This document shows positions 1-13,204 of a stretch of 64,000 nt of DNA, in pieces. Source of the stretch: Octopus bimaculoides. Its lineage: Eukaryota. Below the pieces are notes generated by a model, which made no database searches, was not told where the DNA came from, and was given only the letters and a program-made list of their open reading frames with translations. How positions within the stretch are numbered: the stretch's first letter is position 1; every line of letters starts with the position of its first letter. Where the stretch lies: NCBI RefSeq assembly GCF_001194135.2, contig NC_068997.1:54440302-54504301 (forward strand), in the 5' to 3' direction. Made by a program: the position numbers and the translations under genes.

Positions 1-967
1 TGTGTGTATTGCAAAGTAGCATAGACTCTCTTTAATCAAGTGCAGTGTATTACAACTACCAGTACCCACTGTATCAAATACAGAAGCAACGAGTGAGCGT
101 ATACGTAGCCGTTCTGTCTGCTAGAAATATCAGCTAAATCGCCCTGAAATAAAATTTAAAAAGAAAAATTAAACGCTTCAAAAACGACCATCACATTAAA
201 TCTAAATCACTTGGAACGAAAATTCGACACTGCAGTCTCTAAGTTAACAACCTATTAACCACAAGTCTCTTGGAGTAGGAATGGCATAGGGTAAACAACA
301 TAATTCTTTTGTGATTTATGTCAACTTAGATTCCCAGTTTTGGTATGAAAGTAAAAAGTAGAAATATAAGATTAAATATTATGTTGCGTTTGATTCGGCA
401 TGGCGCCGGATGAGAGTCTTAGGTTATATAGAAGTGTTGCGAAGGGAGTTTCATGGATATAAACAATAACAACAAAACATTGACAGCAACAGCAGCATCA
501 CGAAGGATTTGACCGCAGAACGCAGAAGGATGAAAATATATTCTGAATGTCATTTAATCCGGTTTTCATATCTTTCAGAAACCGTTAGTGGTACAACACA
601 ATTGTTTGCCTCCATTTTGTTACTTGTTTGTGAAGGTCTGAGGCTAAAATATTTTACTGTGACCTACAATGCCATACAATGCTAGTATGTGATTAGACTG
701 GTTTCAGGCGAATATACTTGTTGCATTGATTGTATGAATTAACTGTCTTGAGGAGATATAAAGATATGGAGTGAAATCTATTGAGATATGCATGTTAGCT
801 ATTGATTTACTGGAAAGTAACTGAGAAAAGATGAAATAGCAGAGACATGGGGAGAGAGAGACAGAGGAAGAGTCAGACAGGCAGAGTGAGGAAAGTGGAG
901 ATTTATAGAAAAATATAAATAGAGAAAAAATGAAAAATATAGAGACATAAGTTGACGGATGTGTAAG

Positions 968-1180
968 AGCGGGGAGCTGGGGAAGCGTTAGAGCGTCGGA
1001 TGAAATACATTTCAATATTGCATCCAGTTTACGTTCTTAGGTAAAACCCTTCCGAAATCAAATTTGGCTTTCATTATTTCGAGGTCGATAAAATAAAACA
1101 CCAGTTGGGCACTGGGCTCGATCTCATCTTTCTCCTCCTTTCAAAATTGTTTGCTTTGTGCCAAAATTTGAAACCATTGT
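968..1180 (+). mobile_element. tRNA-derived SINE family B, diverged copy
   Basis: Homologous to the 9984-10200 copy (gagctgg..cgttag, gaggtcgataaaataa, gccaaaatttgaaacc), followed by (AGT)n. Confidence 0.75.
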
Positions 1181-1192
1181 TATTGGTAACAC

Positions 1193-1258
<66 letters not shown>

Positions 1259-1333
1259 AATCTTCAAATTCAATGATACGGAGTTCAGTTTTGGTTGCAG
1301 ACGCAAAATTTCAGCAATTAATAAGTGCGTGTT

Positions 1334-1376
<43 letters not shown>
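1193..1376. repeat. (AGT)n and (CA)n microsatellites
   Basis: Read directly. Confidence 0.95.
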
Positions 1377-1377
<1 letters not shown>

Positions 1378-1879
1378 CTTTAGACACGGACATATTTTTA
1401 TACATATATATTTTCTAACTTACATACACACACACTATTTATACATTATATATATATTATCATCATGATCATCTTAAACAAGATGGTGGTGACGACGTGA
1501 CTATGTTGACGATGATGACGATGATGACGATGATGTTGGTGGTGGTTGTGGTGGTGGTGGTCGGCTGCCAGTGACCCGGCGTCCTTTGTCTTTTTTTCTT
1601 TTTTTTACTTGTGCAATATGATGTGATTCGGTTAACAACGAGTTTATAACTGAAAGCTTCAGCTCTCAAGTTGTACAAAGCGTCCTCTCTGTCTGCAGTC
1701 GTCACAGGTTACACCCAGTTCAACTTCTCAGTGCTTTTTTTTTTTAAGACACACAACGCAATATCTCTCGCTCTCGCTAATTCTGTTTGTTAATTAGATA
1801 ATCTAACGAATCAACGGTGTCTTCACGTTGGCTTCTGCGCAATGTTGAATAGCGAGAGAATGGAAAGTTCACAAGAGAA

Positions 1880-2200
1880 ATTTAGCTGAGTGCTTCAGAA
1901 ATTCGCTCCACAAATAGGTGGCTTCGAGTTCAATCCCAAAGCGCTGCACCTTGAGCAAGTATCCTTTATATAGCCTGAGACAGTTAACTCCTTATGAGTG
2001 AATTCTGTAGACAGAAACTGTGTGGAAGCCTGTTGCAGGTGTGGTTCTGTGGTAAGGAGTTGTTTCCCAAACACATAATTCCAAGTTCAGTCCAACTGCG
2101 TGGCACCTTCGGCAAGTATATTCTGATATAACCTCGGGCGAATCAAAGCCTTGTGAGTGGATTTGCTTGACGGAAACTGAAAGAAACCCATCATATGTAT
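1880..2200 (+). mobile_element. Two tandem tRNA-derived SINE family A copies
   Basis: gagttcaatccc..gcgctgcaccttgagcaagt and gtggtaaggagttg...gttcagtcc..ctgcgtggcaccttcggcaagt...gccttgtgagtggattt...acggaaactgaaagaa. Confidence 0.85.
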
Positions 2201-2422
2201 CTGTGTGTGCGTGTGTTTGTGTGTGTGTGAATATAATGTATGTATTTTGTACCTATACCTCTACTAGGGAACACCTGGTATTGGTTGGTTTATGTCACCG
2301 TAACCAAGCGATTGGTGCTTGGTTTGCAAGCTTCTGTATTATTAAAGTGGGTTTTTTTTATATCTCTACAAACTCTAGGAATTGCTCCTGGAAGCACTGG
2401 TTTAATGAGAAATAGACCTCAA

Positions 2423-3304
2423 TTCTTCTTTTTCTTCTTTTTCTCTTCCTCTGCCTTCTTCTTCTTCTTCTTCTTCTTCTTCTTCTTCTTCTTCTTCTTC
2501 TTCTTCTTCTTCTTCTTCCCTTCTTCTTCTTTGCGTTGTCTCGTCTCATTTGTTATCTCTTCTCATCAAACTCATTTCTATAATTAAAACTCTAATCTGA
2601 TATACTTTCATCCGGAATGAAAAATACTTCTCTTAACAGTAAAGTGAATACAGATGGGTCTTCGTTGGTTTCGACGGTGCGTGTTTCATTTTTTTTTAAA
2701 CCCCGAAAACTGTCCACTCGTTGAATGAGTGAGTAAGCGGTGGGGTATTAACCAAAACCTCAAGGACAATCACTCTAACGTGTTGAATGATCAGGTTCAC
2801 TGAATCTTTAGAATTGTAAGTGCAATCCACCCGAGGCGCTTCTTTGCAGTTTCAATTCACTTTCAACGCTTGAGTCAACCAAAGGAGATGATAGCAAGGA
2901 CATTGTTTGTCCAAGGTGCCACTTGGATCGAACTCGTAATGTCTTTTGGGAGGAGAACTGAACTCATTAACCCAATCAGTCATGCCCGAGTGCTTACAGC
3001 AGAGCATCGCCAATCTTTCACGCAACAAAGGACTTGGAGTCGTCTTTGTTATTAGTTCTGCGCTCAAATAAAAGTCAAAAAGAAAAGAAATATAATTAAT
3101 TTGTGATTTTGTTTTAATGACAAGATTGCATTGTTTCGTTACTATTGTTGTTGTTATTGTTGTTTTTTATTCTTTACAACACAAAGCCAGATATCACTTT
3201 GTTTTTATTATCAACAACTGAATTCTTCTTCTTCTTCTTCTTCTTCTTCTTCTTCTTCTTCTTCTTCTTCTTCTTCTTCTTCTTCTTCTTCTTCTTCTTC
3301 TTCT
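2423..3304. repeat. Two (TTC)n microsatellites (about 2423-2530 and 3223-3304)
   Basis: Read directly. Confidence 0.95.
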
Positions 3305-4779
3305 CGTCTTCCTTTTTGTATTTTTTTTATTATTATTATTATTCGAATGGCTGCTGCCATACTTAATGAATTCCTTTAAAGTTTCCTTGTCTTTTCTGAG
3401 TTCATTAAATTCCGTAATGATTTTTTTTTTATTTGGTTTGTTGATGAAGTTACTTGGTGGTTATTAAGTGCTTCTGCTAGCTTTATTAAGCCCCTCCTGA
3501 CAGGTCAATGAGGCCTTGTTGGTCGATAGTATGCTTCAGTATAATTCTTATCTCCATAACGATATCAGTCATATTGCGAACGGCCATATTTGCTAGGTGC
3601 ATTGAGAATTTGTTTTCAGACATTTTGATTATTTTTCCGCGTTGTTGGAATTCGTGTCGCAGAGATGTGGCTGGTCTCAGTCATACTGTCTTAAAGCTAT
3701 TAGTCTTCTGTGTGATGAACCGAAGTTTCCACTTCAATTGCTATTGACTTGGTTGCAAGTACATTTCCAAGTCATTTTTATTAATCTATTCTAAGTTATT
3801 AGAAGTCGGAGTGATAAGTAAATATGCTACTTGTTAAAAGACAGTAAACAATAAATTAAACCTACGTTTTAAATAGAACCGTGTGTTTTCATATCTGCTT
3901 GTTTTCTCTGCTTAAGAAGTGAAATATATTGTAAGGGCCGTCTAGATACAACAAACACGCATTTCTAATATATGAATAAAGATTTTATAGTTATCCATTC
4001 AAATTAAAATGAAGACCAGCTTTTTTACTGTAATCCAATGTGTGTGTGGGGGGGAGAATGCGGTAGAATTTTCTAAGAGAATATATATACATATGCGTGT
4101 GCATGTGTGTGTGTATGTGTGCATGTGTGCGTGTATTTGCGTGTGTGTGTGTTCGTGTCTGTGTGTGCGTTATGTGTATTCATATATGTATGCGTGTGTA
4201 TGTGTGTGTGTATGTGTGAGTATGTGAGTGCGTGTACGTGTGTGTGAGTGTATGTATATGTGTGTGTGTATGTGAGTGCGTGTGTGTGCGTGCGATATGT
4301 GTATTCATATATGTATATATGTATCTATGTATTTTTCATTTAACTCTAAGTCCTTCTTAAGAGAGTTTAAAGCTGGTCGCTAACAAAGCGACAAGACTTC
4401 TTTTTTTTTAGTTCGGAGAATTCCCGATGTTTGTCAGTCTATGGCTGAGTTAGTGTGCTGTTTGAGCACACTGAAGTATGTGCATGTATTCACATGAGAA
4501 TCTCAGATGGAGAATTTTCAGAATGTATTCCCAAATCTTTCCCGTGGTAATAAATCGGATTTGGAGAATCCGCATCAGTTTCTTTGTTTCTTTCTTTGAA
4601 AATCATAGTACTTCGAGGTTCCTGTGCAAATGTTCAGGGGTAAAGCCTAATGCAACTACGATGACAGGTACAAATGAAAATTTATTGTCGTGGTAGAAGA
4701 ACTGTAAGATCTGTATCAATGTACCTTATACGGATGGATGGATGGATGGATGGATGGATGGATGAATGGATGGAGTCTG

Positions 4780-5200
4780 CAAGAACCAGCCAACATTCAG
4801 GGTGTGTCTCAGACATCTGTGATGGAAGCGTTCAAAGAGCCTTACATGATGTTTGCATATGAGTAAAGGATCTATGTCAAAACACATACACGGTCTCGAA
4901 GGGAGCCGACATCCTGAGAACTGAAGTGACGGTACGCATCCTGAGAATTGAAGAAGATGGACATCCTGAGAATTGAAGTGACGGTTGGACTGGACACCTT
5001 GACCGAAGATTAATCGCAGAATCCCTAAGCGGATGCTATATAGAGAACTTGTTTGTGGAATGCGTCCCCAGAGGAAACCACGCCTACGATTTAAGGACTG
5101 TGTAAAGTCCTGGCTGAAAGCATGTGAAGTATGGGAGGTCAGCTTGGAAAGAAATGATTGCCATCGTTACCAATGGAAAAAACAAGTAGATGTGTATAGT
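4780..5200 (+). mobile_element. Decayed 3' fragment of an RTE-clade (BovB-like) LINE
   Basis: Translation gives WTGHL..RIPKRMLYRELVCGMRPQRKPRLRFKDCVK..W, matching the RTE ORF2 C-terminal pattern RWaGHv.RM...R.PK..lygEL..G.R..G.P..R.KD. Frameshifted. Confidence 0.8.
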
Positions 5201-5484
5201 GAGTTTCTTTGCCCTAGGTGTTGGGAAGACACTCAGCCAAGAGCAATACAAGGCAACCCTTTATATAAGATTGTACAGTTTATTCAAATAACCAAAACAA
5301 TAGAAAAAGAACATTTAAATATTCTTTCTATTTTGTTAATATTTTTTCAAAACTCAAACCTTGTTAAATTATTACGCACTCTTCCTACTTGGTGTTTTCC
5401 TTTGGTTCATACCCTCGTTAAAGCTAATTATGTTAATTATGTCAACAGACAGCCAGACAAACAGACAGACAGACAGATAGACAG

Positions 5485-5552
<68 letters not shown>

Positions 5553-6044
5553 GGGTATCTCCGGAGAGTCAAATAAATGCTCATAGTACGCTAATAAACA
5601 GCTAAACTGAATACATGTCTTGCAATGGAAAAGCAGCTGGCTTCTCGCTAATTACTCTAGAAACACGAATGAAATATTAATTGCTTACTGTTACGTGAAA
5701 TTAATATTTGTACACTAATTGGTTGGTGATATAAACAAATTAAAAACTGTCCATTAGAAAACACTGTCATTGATTGAGATGAAGTCCCAGCTTGTAACAA
5801 TAGGGACGACGCGGTCATGCATATGATAGAATGTTGACTATGAAACACATAGTTTCCTGCCTTCTGTGGCTTGTAAACATTCAAATCTTATAAAGTTCAC
5901 CTCAGCATGAGATGCCTGCGGTAATGGCAAGCCATGCCGTAGTCTATATTGTCTTAGAGACTTCCGGGGGAGATGAAATAAATTTCTAGGCAAGTTATGG
6001 CCTGATATAATTGACAACAACCCTACTAATGTGCTTATGTGTTT

Positions 6045-6225
6045 ATGCTGACAAAATCGTTAGCATGCCGGAGAAAATGCATAGCACTATTTCGTCCGTC
6101 TTCTTGTTCTGAGTTCAAATTACGCCGGGGTCGAAAAACAAGTACAAGTTGAGCACTGGGTTCGATCTTATCAACCTCTCCCTCTCCACCGAAGATTGAT
6201 GGTTTTGCGCCAAAATTTGATGCAA
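6045..6225 (+). mobile_element. SINE family B copy
   Basis: B-box gagttcaaattacgccg and 3' gcgccaaaatttga, followed by (ATT)n/(ATC)n. Confidence 0.8.
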
Positions 6226-6282
6226 TTATCATTATTATAATCATTTATTATTATTATTAATATTACTATTATTATTATTATT

Positions 6283-6334
<52 letters not shown>

Positions 6335-6465
6335 GCATCATCATCATCATCGTCGTCATCATCTTTATTATTATCATTGTTCAACATCTAGTAGTTTCAA
6401 GTAAATATCAACTGCATCACCTGCTATTATTATTATTGTTGTTGTTGTTGATCGTATCATTATTA

Positions 6466-6529
<64 letters not shown>

Positions 6530-6621
6530 CATCATTATTATTATCATCATTATTATTATTATCATTATTATTATTATCATCATTATTATTGTCGTCGTCG
6601 TCGTCGTTGTTGTTGTTGTTT
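6225..6621. repeat. Compound (ATT)n/(ATC)n/(GTC)n/(GTT)n microsatellite
   Basis: Read directly. Confidence 0.95.
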
Positions 6622-7060
6622 ATATCCAATTCACTGCTTCCATGGAGTTCACGTATGCAGGTTTACGTGCCCTCGGTACTTTTATTGTTTTCAGCTTGCC
6701 TATGGTTAAAAAAAGCATCCTCTGTTTTCTATGTGCAGTTGGTGCCTTGTAATGATAATGTTCTATATTGGTTTAAGTCCTTTGGCTTTAGTTTTCTGAT
6801 CTAGTTACATGCCGATTCATCTTTGTCGAGTCACCAATTATAATGGTGTTTTCATCTTTCCTCTCTTTTCATTCTTGGTTATCTCTACTTTCAGATCTAT
6901 GTATTTAGATCATTTTCCCATTTCCTTTAGAGATATACTGGCGTCTGATCGGATTGATACGTTGATCAGGAGATGTTTCTTTTGCTGCTGTTACTTGATG
7001 ACAATATCTGCGTTTTTGTTATTGTTGCTGAATTTTCTTTTGCTTGATATTTTATCTTTT
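6622..7060 (-). mobile_element. Decayed 3' end of an R4/Dong-like non-LTR retrotransposon (restriction-like endonuclease region and 3' UTR)
   Basis: Minus-strand translation NADIVIK*QQQKKHLLINVSIRSDASISLKEMGK*SKYIDLKVEITK matches the PD..D REL motif RPDIVI...LLIDV..P.D......E.EK..KY.DL. It runs into an (AAC/GAC/AAT)n tail. Confidence 0.7.
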
Positions 7061-7631
7061 TGAATTGCTATGACACAAGCTCTACTCAGTTTATCATTAA
7101 TACCCTAACATTGTGCAATCTCATTTCTCTGGATGTTTCATAATACAAGTATTAATTGACAGAGTATGAAACTCCAGCGTCGTTATGCCAGCATCAGTGT
7201 GCATGTATANNNNNNNNNNNNNNNNNNNNNNNNNNNNNNNNNNNNNNNNNNNNNNNNNNNNNNNNNNNNNNNNNNNNNNNNNNNNNNNNNNNNNNNNNNN
7301 NNNNNNNNNNNNNNNNNNNNNNNNNNNNNNNNNNNNNNNNNNNNNNNNNNNNNNNNNNNNNNNNNNNNNNNNNNNNNNNNNNNNNNNNNNNNNNNNNNNN
7401 NNNNNNNNNNNNNNNNNNNNNNNNNNNNNNNNNNNNNNNNNNNNNNNNNNNNNNNNNNNNNNNNNNNNNNNNNNNNNNNNNNNNNNNNNNNCAGGAAATC
7501 AATATTTAATATTTCGAAAGATATATATCCAATATGACATGGTAATATAATAAATTTAAAATTTAAAATATAAATATACGAAATATAAATATAAATATGT
7601 ATAAAAGTATGAATGTAGATAAATATACGTG

Positions 7632-7673
<42 letters not shown>

Positions 7674-9760
7674 GATAAATAGTTTTTGATGGTCAGGGAT
7701 GGACACCTGATATTTGATGCCAAGTAGATTTTGGGACTTTCTAGTATTCCTTTGTTGCAATGCTAGGGGCGAATACTGGACGACAGATTGTAGTAGAATT
7801 TAGTGCTTATATGGATGGTCCTCAGAAACTAACCAGAAAATGATCACCAGTAACTTATTTTGCAAGTAAAGCCCTAGGCTGATTTCGATGGTCTTCTTTA
7901 CCAGTTTTAAATACACAAATCAGGATATATTAATGCGCAAGGACGAATATTCTCTTGATTTCTACGTAATGCTTTTCAATGTTACTGACATTTAATAAAC
8001 TCCTGTTTCGATTTAATTATTACGTGTGAAATGTAAGCTTTTATTTGTATAATTTTACACAATTGGCAATAGCCTAAGGATAAGCAATTTCATTTGGTTT
8101 TCATAAATACTTGGGGCTATTTTTTAAACCTGCCAACGTTGATACTTTCAATATTCCAGAGTTAGCTGCAATACATCATCGTCTGATGAAGCCTGAATTA
8201 TGTGTGCATGGTGCATATCCTTCTTGTCGGAAGTAAAGTACAAAAATAGAATATTAAATGCTTAAACGACTTGTGTTTATTTTGATATATTCATGTGACG
8301 GATATATTTTTCTGGTCTCAGACACTGTAACCTACTTTTATACGTCCGTATAATACTCACAAATATGGTCTCCAGCCCCCACACCTATTTCCCTTTGTTC
8401 TTTAATACGTAAAGATATTCTATTAGCATCTATGAAATATTTGTTAATATGACTAAAATATACTATACGAAATTCACGTTCATACTTAGATGTATGCATA
8501 AATATGCATCTTTGTATGTATGTATGTATATATATGCGTGTGTCATTGTGTGTGTATGTGTGCGTGTTTGCATAGTTTGGACCACGTGAGATGTAACAAC
8601 AGGTAGACAAATATTTTTTAAAAGCAACATAAAAAGTTGTGCACAGTGGATCATAAACTCAAAAGAGCAAAAGAAAAGTAGACGTGACCTCTTTGTCAAG
8701 GTGAAGAAAGAAAGACGAAATATACATGGAAAATAGAAACAAGAAATGAAACGATATCTATGGATACCTGGGGATATATACAGATACATACATACATATA
8801 TACATACATATATATATACATACATATATATATANNNNNNNNNNNNNNNNNNNNNNNNNNNNNNNNNNNNNNNNNNNNNNNNNNNNNNNNNNNNNNNNNN
8901 NNNNNNNNNNNNNNTAACTCATCACGCACACACATATATGCATATATTTAAACATATATTTGTATGTATAACTCATCACGCACACACATATATGCATATA
9001 TATACTTATATGTGTTTGTTTGTATGTATATCTGTGTGAATACAGAAATATAAACATAATGAGGTGTGTTTGTGTTAATATTCCGCTGAAAATGTTGCTA
9101 TAGACATGAAAAGAAACCTGGAGACTGTTAAAATATTTTTTGACAAAACTGTCACCACAGCAACAACGATGTCACGGTAGCAATACACGCGGCTGACAAT
9201 AGGAAGCATGGCCTTTCTAATAATACCTTTACTTGAAGTGCCATTACGTCGTGAATGAGCCATATGCATGGAGTAACGAAAAAAGAAAAACAAAACAAAA
9301 CCAGAAACACAATGTGTTCATAATAAGCCAACAAAACAGCCTTCAATCGAAGACGAAGATGCAATTTCTGTAGTCAAAGAATGAATAGAATCAGTTAGAA
9401 AGACAAATTCAATTGAATGCTGTGCATGTAAGTGATTAAGTTCGAATAATGCTGGGAGTTCCCATATCGATCTTCTACAAGTCTTTTACATAATTTGGGT
9501 TAGGATCAATCCACAGACAACAAAATTCCAGAAGGAAATAAAAAGTAAAAAGCAGACGATTATCAAAGAATCAGGTAAGTTGGTTTGTATCAAAACTCCA
9601 TGAACGCGCCTATAATTTCAGAACATTAAGAAATGTTTTAAAATTAATTGTTATTTTTGCAACATGTCAAATGCTTTCCAACGATGGCCACCTCGTTTGC
9701 TTCGCGTTTTCTTGAACTGCAGTAGCTAAAGTACCTTGTCATTATTGGTATAAACAAAAG

Positions 9761-10385
9761 ACAGCGAGCTCGCAAAATCGTTAACACGCCGGACGAAATG
9801 TTTCGCGTTGTTTCGTTCCTTGCTACGTTCTGAGTTCAAATTCCGCCGAGGTCGAATTTGTCTTTCATCTTTTTTGGATTGATAAATTAAGTACTAGTTG
9901 CGTACTGGGGTCGATCTAATCGACTTGCCCCCTCCCCCAAAATTTCAGGCCTTGTGCCTATAATAGAAAGGATTATCATTAAATCGGCGAGCTGGCAGAA
10001 TCGTTAGCACGCCGGGCGAAATGCTTAGCAGCATTTCGTCTGCCGCTAAGTTCTGAATTCAATTTCCACCGCGGTCGACTTTGCCTTTCATCCTTTCGGG
10101 GGTCGATAAATTAAGTACCAGTGAAACACTGGGGTCGATATAATCGACTAGTCTCCTCCCGCCAAATTTCAGGCCTTGTGTCTACAGTAGAAAGAATTAT
10201 TTATATAGATAAAAAAAAAGTGGCATGCTGAAATAATCATTAGCACACCGGCAAAATGCTTAGCGACATTTCGACCGTCTTTACGTTCGAAATTCAAATT
10301 CCATCGAAGTTGACTTGTCTTTCAGTCTTTCGGGGTCGATAAAACCAGTACCAGTTGAGTACTGGGTCGATGTAATTGAATTATC
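9761..10385 (+). mobile_element. Three head-to-tail SINE family B copies (about 9761-9977, 9984-10200, 10220-10385)
   Basis: Repeated A-box tggcagaatcg, B-box gagttcaaattcc, gtcgactttgcctttcatcctttcggggtcgataaa and ggccttgtgcctataatagaaaggattat. Confidence 0.9.
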
Positions 10386-10674
10386 ATTCCATTTTAAACA
10401 ACGATGGACAAGCTTAAAAATACATTCCTAGATACACTCAGACAGAGTTAAAAAGCTAGACTATTGAAGAAAATTATCATCTGGGAGAGNNNNNNNNNNN
10501 NNNNNNNNNNNNNNNNNNNNNNNNNNNNNNNNNNNNNNNNNNNNNNNNNNNNNNNNNNNNNNNNNNNNNNNNNNNNNNNNNNNNNNNNNNNNNNNNNNNN
10601 NNNNNNNNNNNNNNNNNNNNNNNNNNNNNNNNNNNNNNNNNNNNNNNNNNNNNNNNNNNNNNNNNNNNNNNNNN

Positions 10675-10777
10675 GAAGAAGAAGAAGAAGAAGAAGAAGA
10701 AGAAGAAGAAGAAGAAGAAGAAGAAGAAGAAGAAGAAGAAGAAGAAGAAGAAGAAGAAGAAGAAGAAGAAGAAGAAG
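10675..10777. repeat. (GAA)n microsatellite at a gap edge
   Basis: Read directly. Confidence 0.95.
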
Positions 10778-10940
10778 ATCATCACACGTTTCCTTAACTT
10801 TCGTTGCAATAGCATTTTTAAGAGTCAACTGTTTATATTGCCATATTATGAAGCGCGAGGTGAATTAAAAAAATACACTCGTTCTTTTCTTTGAATAAAA
10901 GCACACAAGATATATAATACGTATATAATTATATGAGTGC

Positions 10941-11005
<65 letters not shown>

Positions 11006-11384
11006 CATACGTTGACGTCATTATGTATGCACGTATGTATGTATTTACGTATATATTAATGTGTTTATGGTCAACAAGCTCATCGTCAATCAGAAGAATT
11101 CGCTTTAATATTAAACACGTCTGTAACTATTTAATATGTCTCGTCTCCTTTTTTAGTGTTAGTGACGCTTATATATTCATAGGACGTCATTATCTATCCA
11201 AAGATGTCTCTCTCTCGCTCTCATCCTCTCTCTAGCACTGAGCTGAGTGTATATATGTACGTAGAATGCGACTGTGTATATGTGAATAGGTGTATATACT
11301 GCTGTAATATTAATCCTGAGCAAGACAGAGACATATACAGAAGAATATATACAAAAATACGTATGTGTATACATATATGTGTGC

Positions 11385-11424
<40 letters not shown>

Positions 11425-11999
11425 GCATACATACATACATACGTACAAATATATGTTATATATATATATACATATACATGTGTGTATGATATATGAAGGT
11501 ATGTGTGTGTACATATTTATGCGTATATATATATACACACAGACATATACTTGTGTGTATGATATACGGATGTGTGTGGATAATGTGTGTCTGGGGGGTG
11601 TATGTGTGTGTGTTGGAAAGAAGTTGTTCTTTGAGATAAATCTTATTAAAAACCCGACTTTGATCCGTTTTCATATCTTCATATTATCCTTTCTCAAAAT
11701 TCCTTATGAGATTTTCTCACTCTTTCGCTATCTAGCTCTCTCCATCCCCATCTCTCTCCCTGCCTCTCTCATTCACTCACTCACTTTCTCGTACGTTAGA
11801 TATGTCTGTGTGAGTATGTGTGCTTTGTGTGTGTATCTATTTTACCCTCTGTGGCTAGCTCTCATTATTGGAAGTACATATATTAATTTGCCGAGTTTAT
11901 TTCATCGACATGTTATGGTCACATGACATGGAAAGTCTGGATAGTTTGGCGAAACGAAAGTAATTAAAAGTAGCCCAATAAAGAAGAAGACATGGTCGC

Positions 12000-12265
12000 T
12001 GCAGTAGAGAAGTTTGCTTCAATGTTACGTGACCGCATGATCGATCTCACGGGGCGTTATTTTCGTTATGCGTCTTCCGCAATCGTTACGGTTTCACTGA
12101 GGAGTGAAGAAAAGAAACTGAAACGAAGCCCGTCGTATTTGTATGTGGTCTGTCTATAGGAACCACATGGTTCCGGGTTCAGTCCCACTGCCTCATACCT
12201 TGGGCAAGTGTCTTCTACTATAGTCTCAGGCCAACCAAGGCGTTGTGAGTAGATTTGGTTGACAG
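12000..12265 (+). mobile_element. SINE family A copies or fragments
   Basis: ccacatggttccgggttcagtcccactgc...ccttgggcaagtgtcttctactatagt and gaaactgaaacgaagcccgtcg. Confidence 0.8.
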
Positions 12266-12516
12266 ATGATGTCCCACTTCATCTTAGTGGATAAGTAGAA
12301 CGTTGAAGCCTTTAATAAAGAGATGTAATGCTATGTCTGTCTCGGTTTTGTGTGTTGTAAGATCGAACCCCGACTTATTTCATCTTTTAGTCTCGAGAAG
12401 TCCTTATAATTATGTTCAAGCATTTCAGCTGATCTTTGTTAATATAGAACTGATATTGCAAGGAAACATTCAAGAGCAGTGTGCTCAAGGACTCAGACAC
12501 ACACACACGCAAATAG

Positions 12517-12555
<39 letters not shown>

Positions 12556-12817
12556 AGAGGTGGAGATATTTTGTTACTTGATTCAGCCCTTTGACTGCGG
12601 TCATCCTTATTTTTTAGCCTAGTTCACGTACATTTGTTTAGAAGGTTACCAGCGAGTCTAAAGCTAGCTATATTAAGTAATACTTAAAAAAAAGGAACAT
12701 AACTAGCTCTAAAATTTGTATTACGTACTACATATGAGACTAATGAACTCTGATTGAACCAATATCAACGATATAGACAGACAGACAAACAGACAGATAG
12801 CTAGCTAGCTAGCTAGC

Positions 12818-12873
<56 letters not shown>

Positions 12874-13173
12874 GGGATAGATAGATAGTCATTCGCACCA
12901 CGGCGTTTCCTACAGCTCCAAATCTTGTTATAACATACAAATCGCCCTTCTTTCTAAGCTTAGTTCATTTCCCATCCGAATTCCATTTCCATTCTAGGAT
13001 ATTCAAGAATACATTTTTATTTACGTCCAATCTTCCTTCTCTTCATTCTCCCTTACATTCTTAACTTCGATGTCATATATCCAGTTTAAATTGCATTGCT
13101 CCATTTTCAACACTCAATTCCTTACCTGCGCGCTCCCTCTCTCTCTCTTTCTCTCGTTATTTGTCTACTTACC

Positions 13174-13204
<31 letters not shown>

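Noticed and set aside
105-146. Strong minus-strand acceptor followed by GDLADISSRQNGY
   Set aside because: The donor is poor, and the sequence resembles a repeat motif also seen near 56288 (gagatttggcta).
8160-8230. Perfect CTGATGA at about 8176 (hammerhead core), also readable as a small plus-strand exon
   Set aside because: No GAAA, helix II or helix III follows. The exon reading has no supporting partner.
9075-9580. Overlapping 70-aa ORFs and a strong plus-strand donor at about 9575
   Set aside because: No consistent acceptor and frame, and no recognisable motif.
9984-10075. tRNA gene call for the SINE heads
   Set aside because: They have A/B boxes but no canonical anticodon arm, and they continue into SINE bodies present in about 15 copies.
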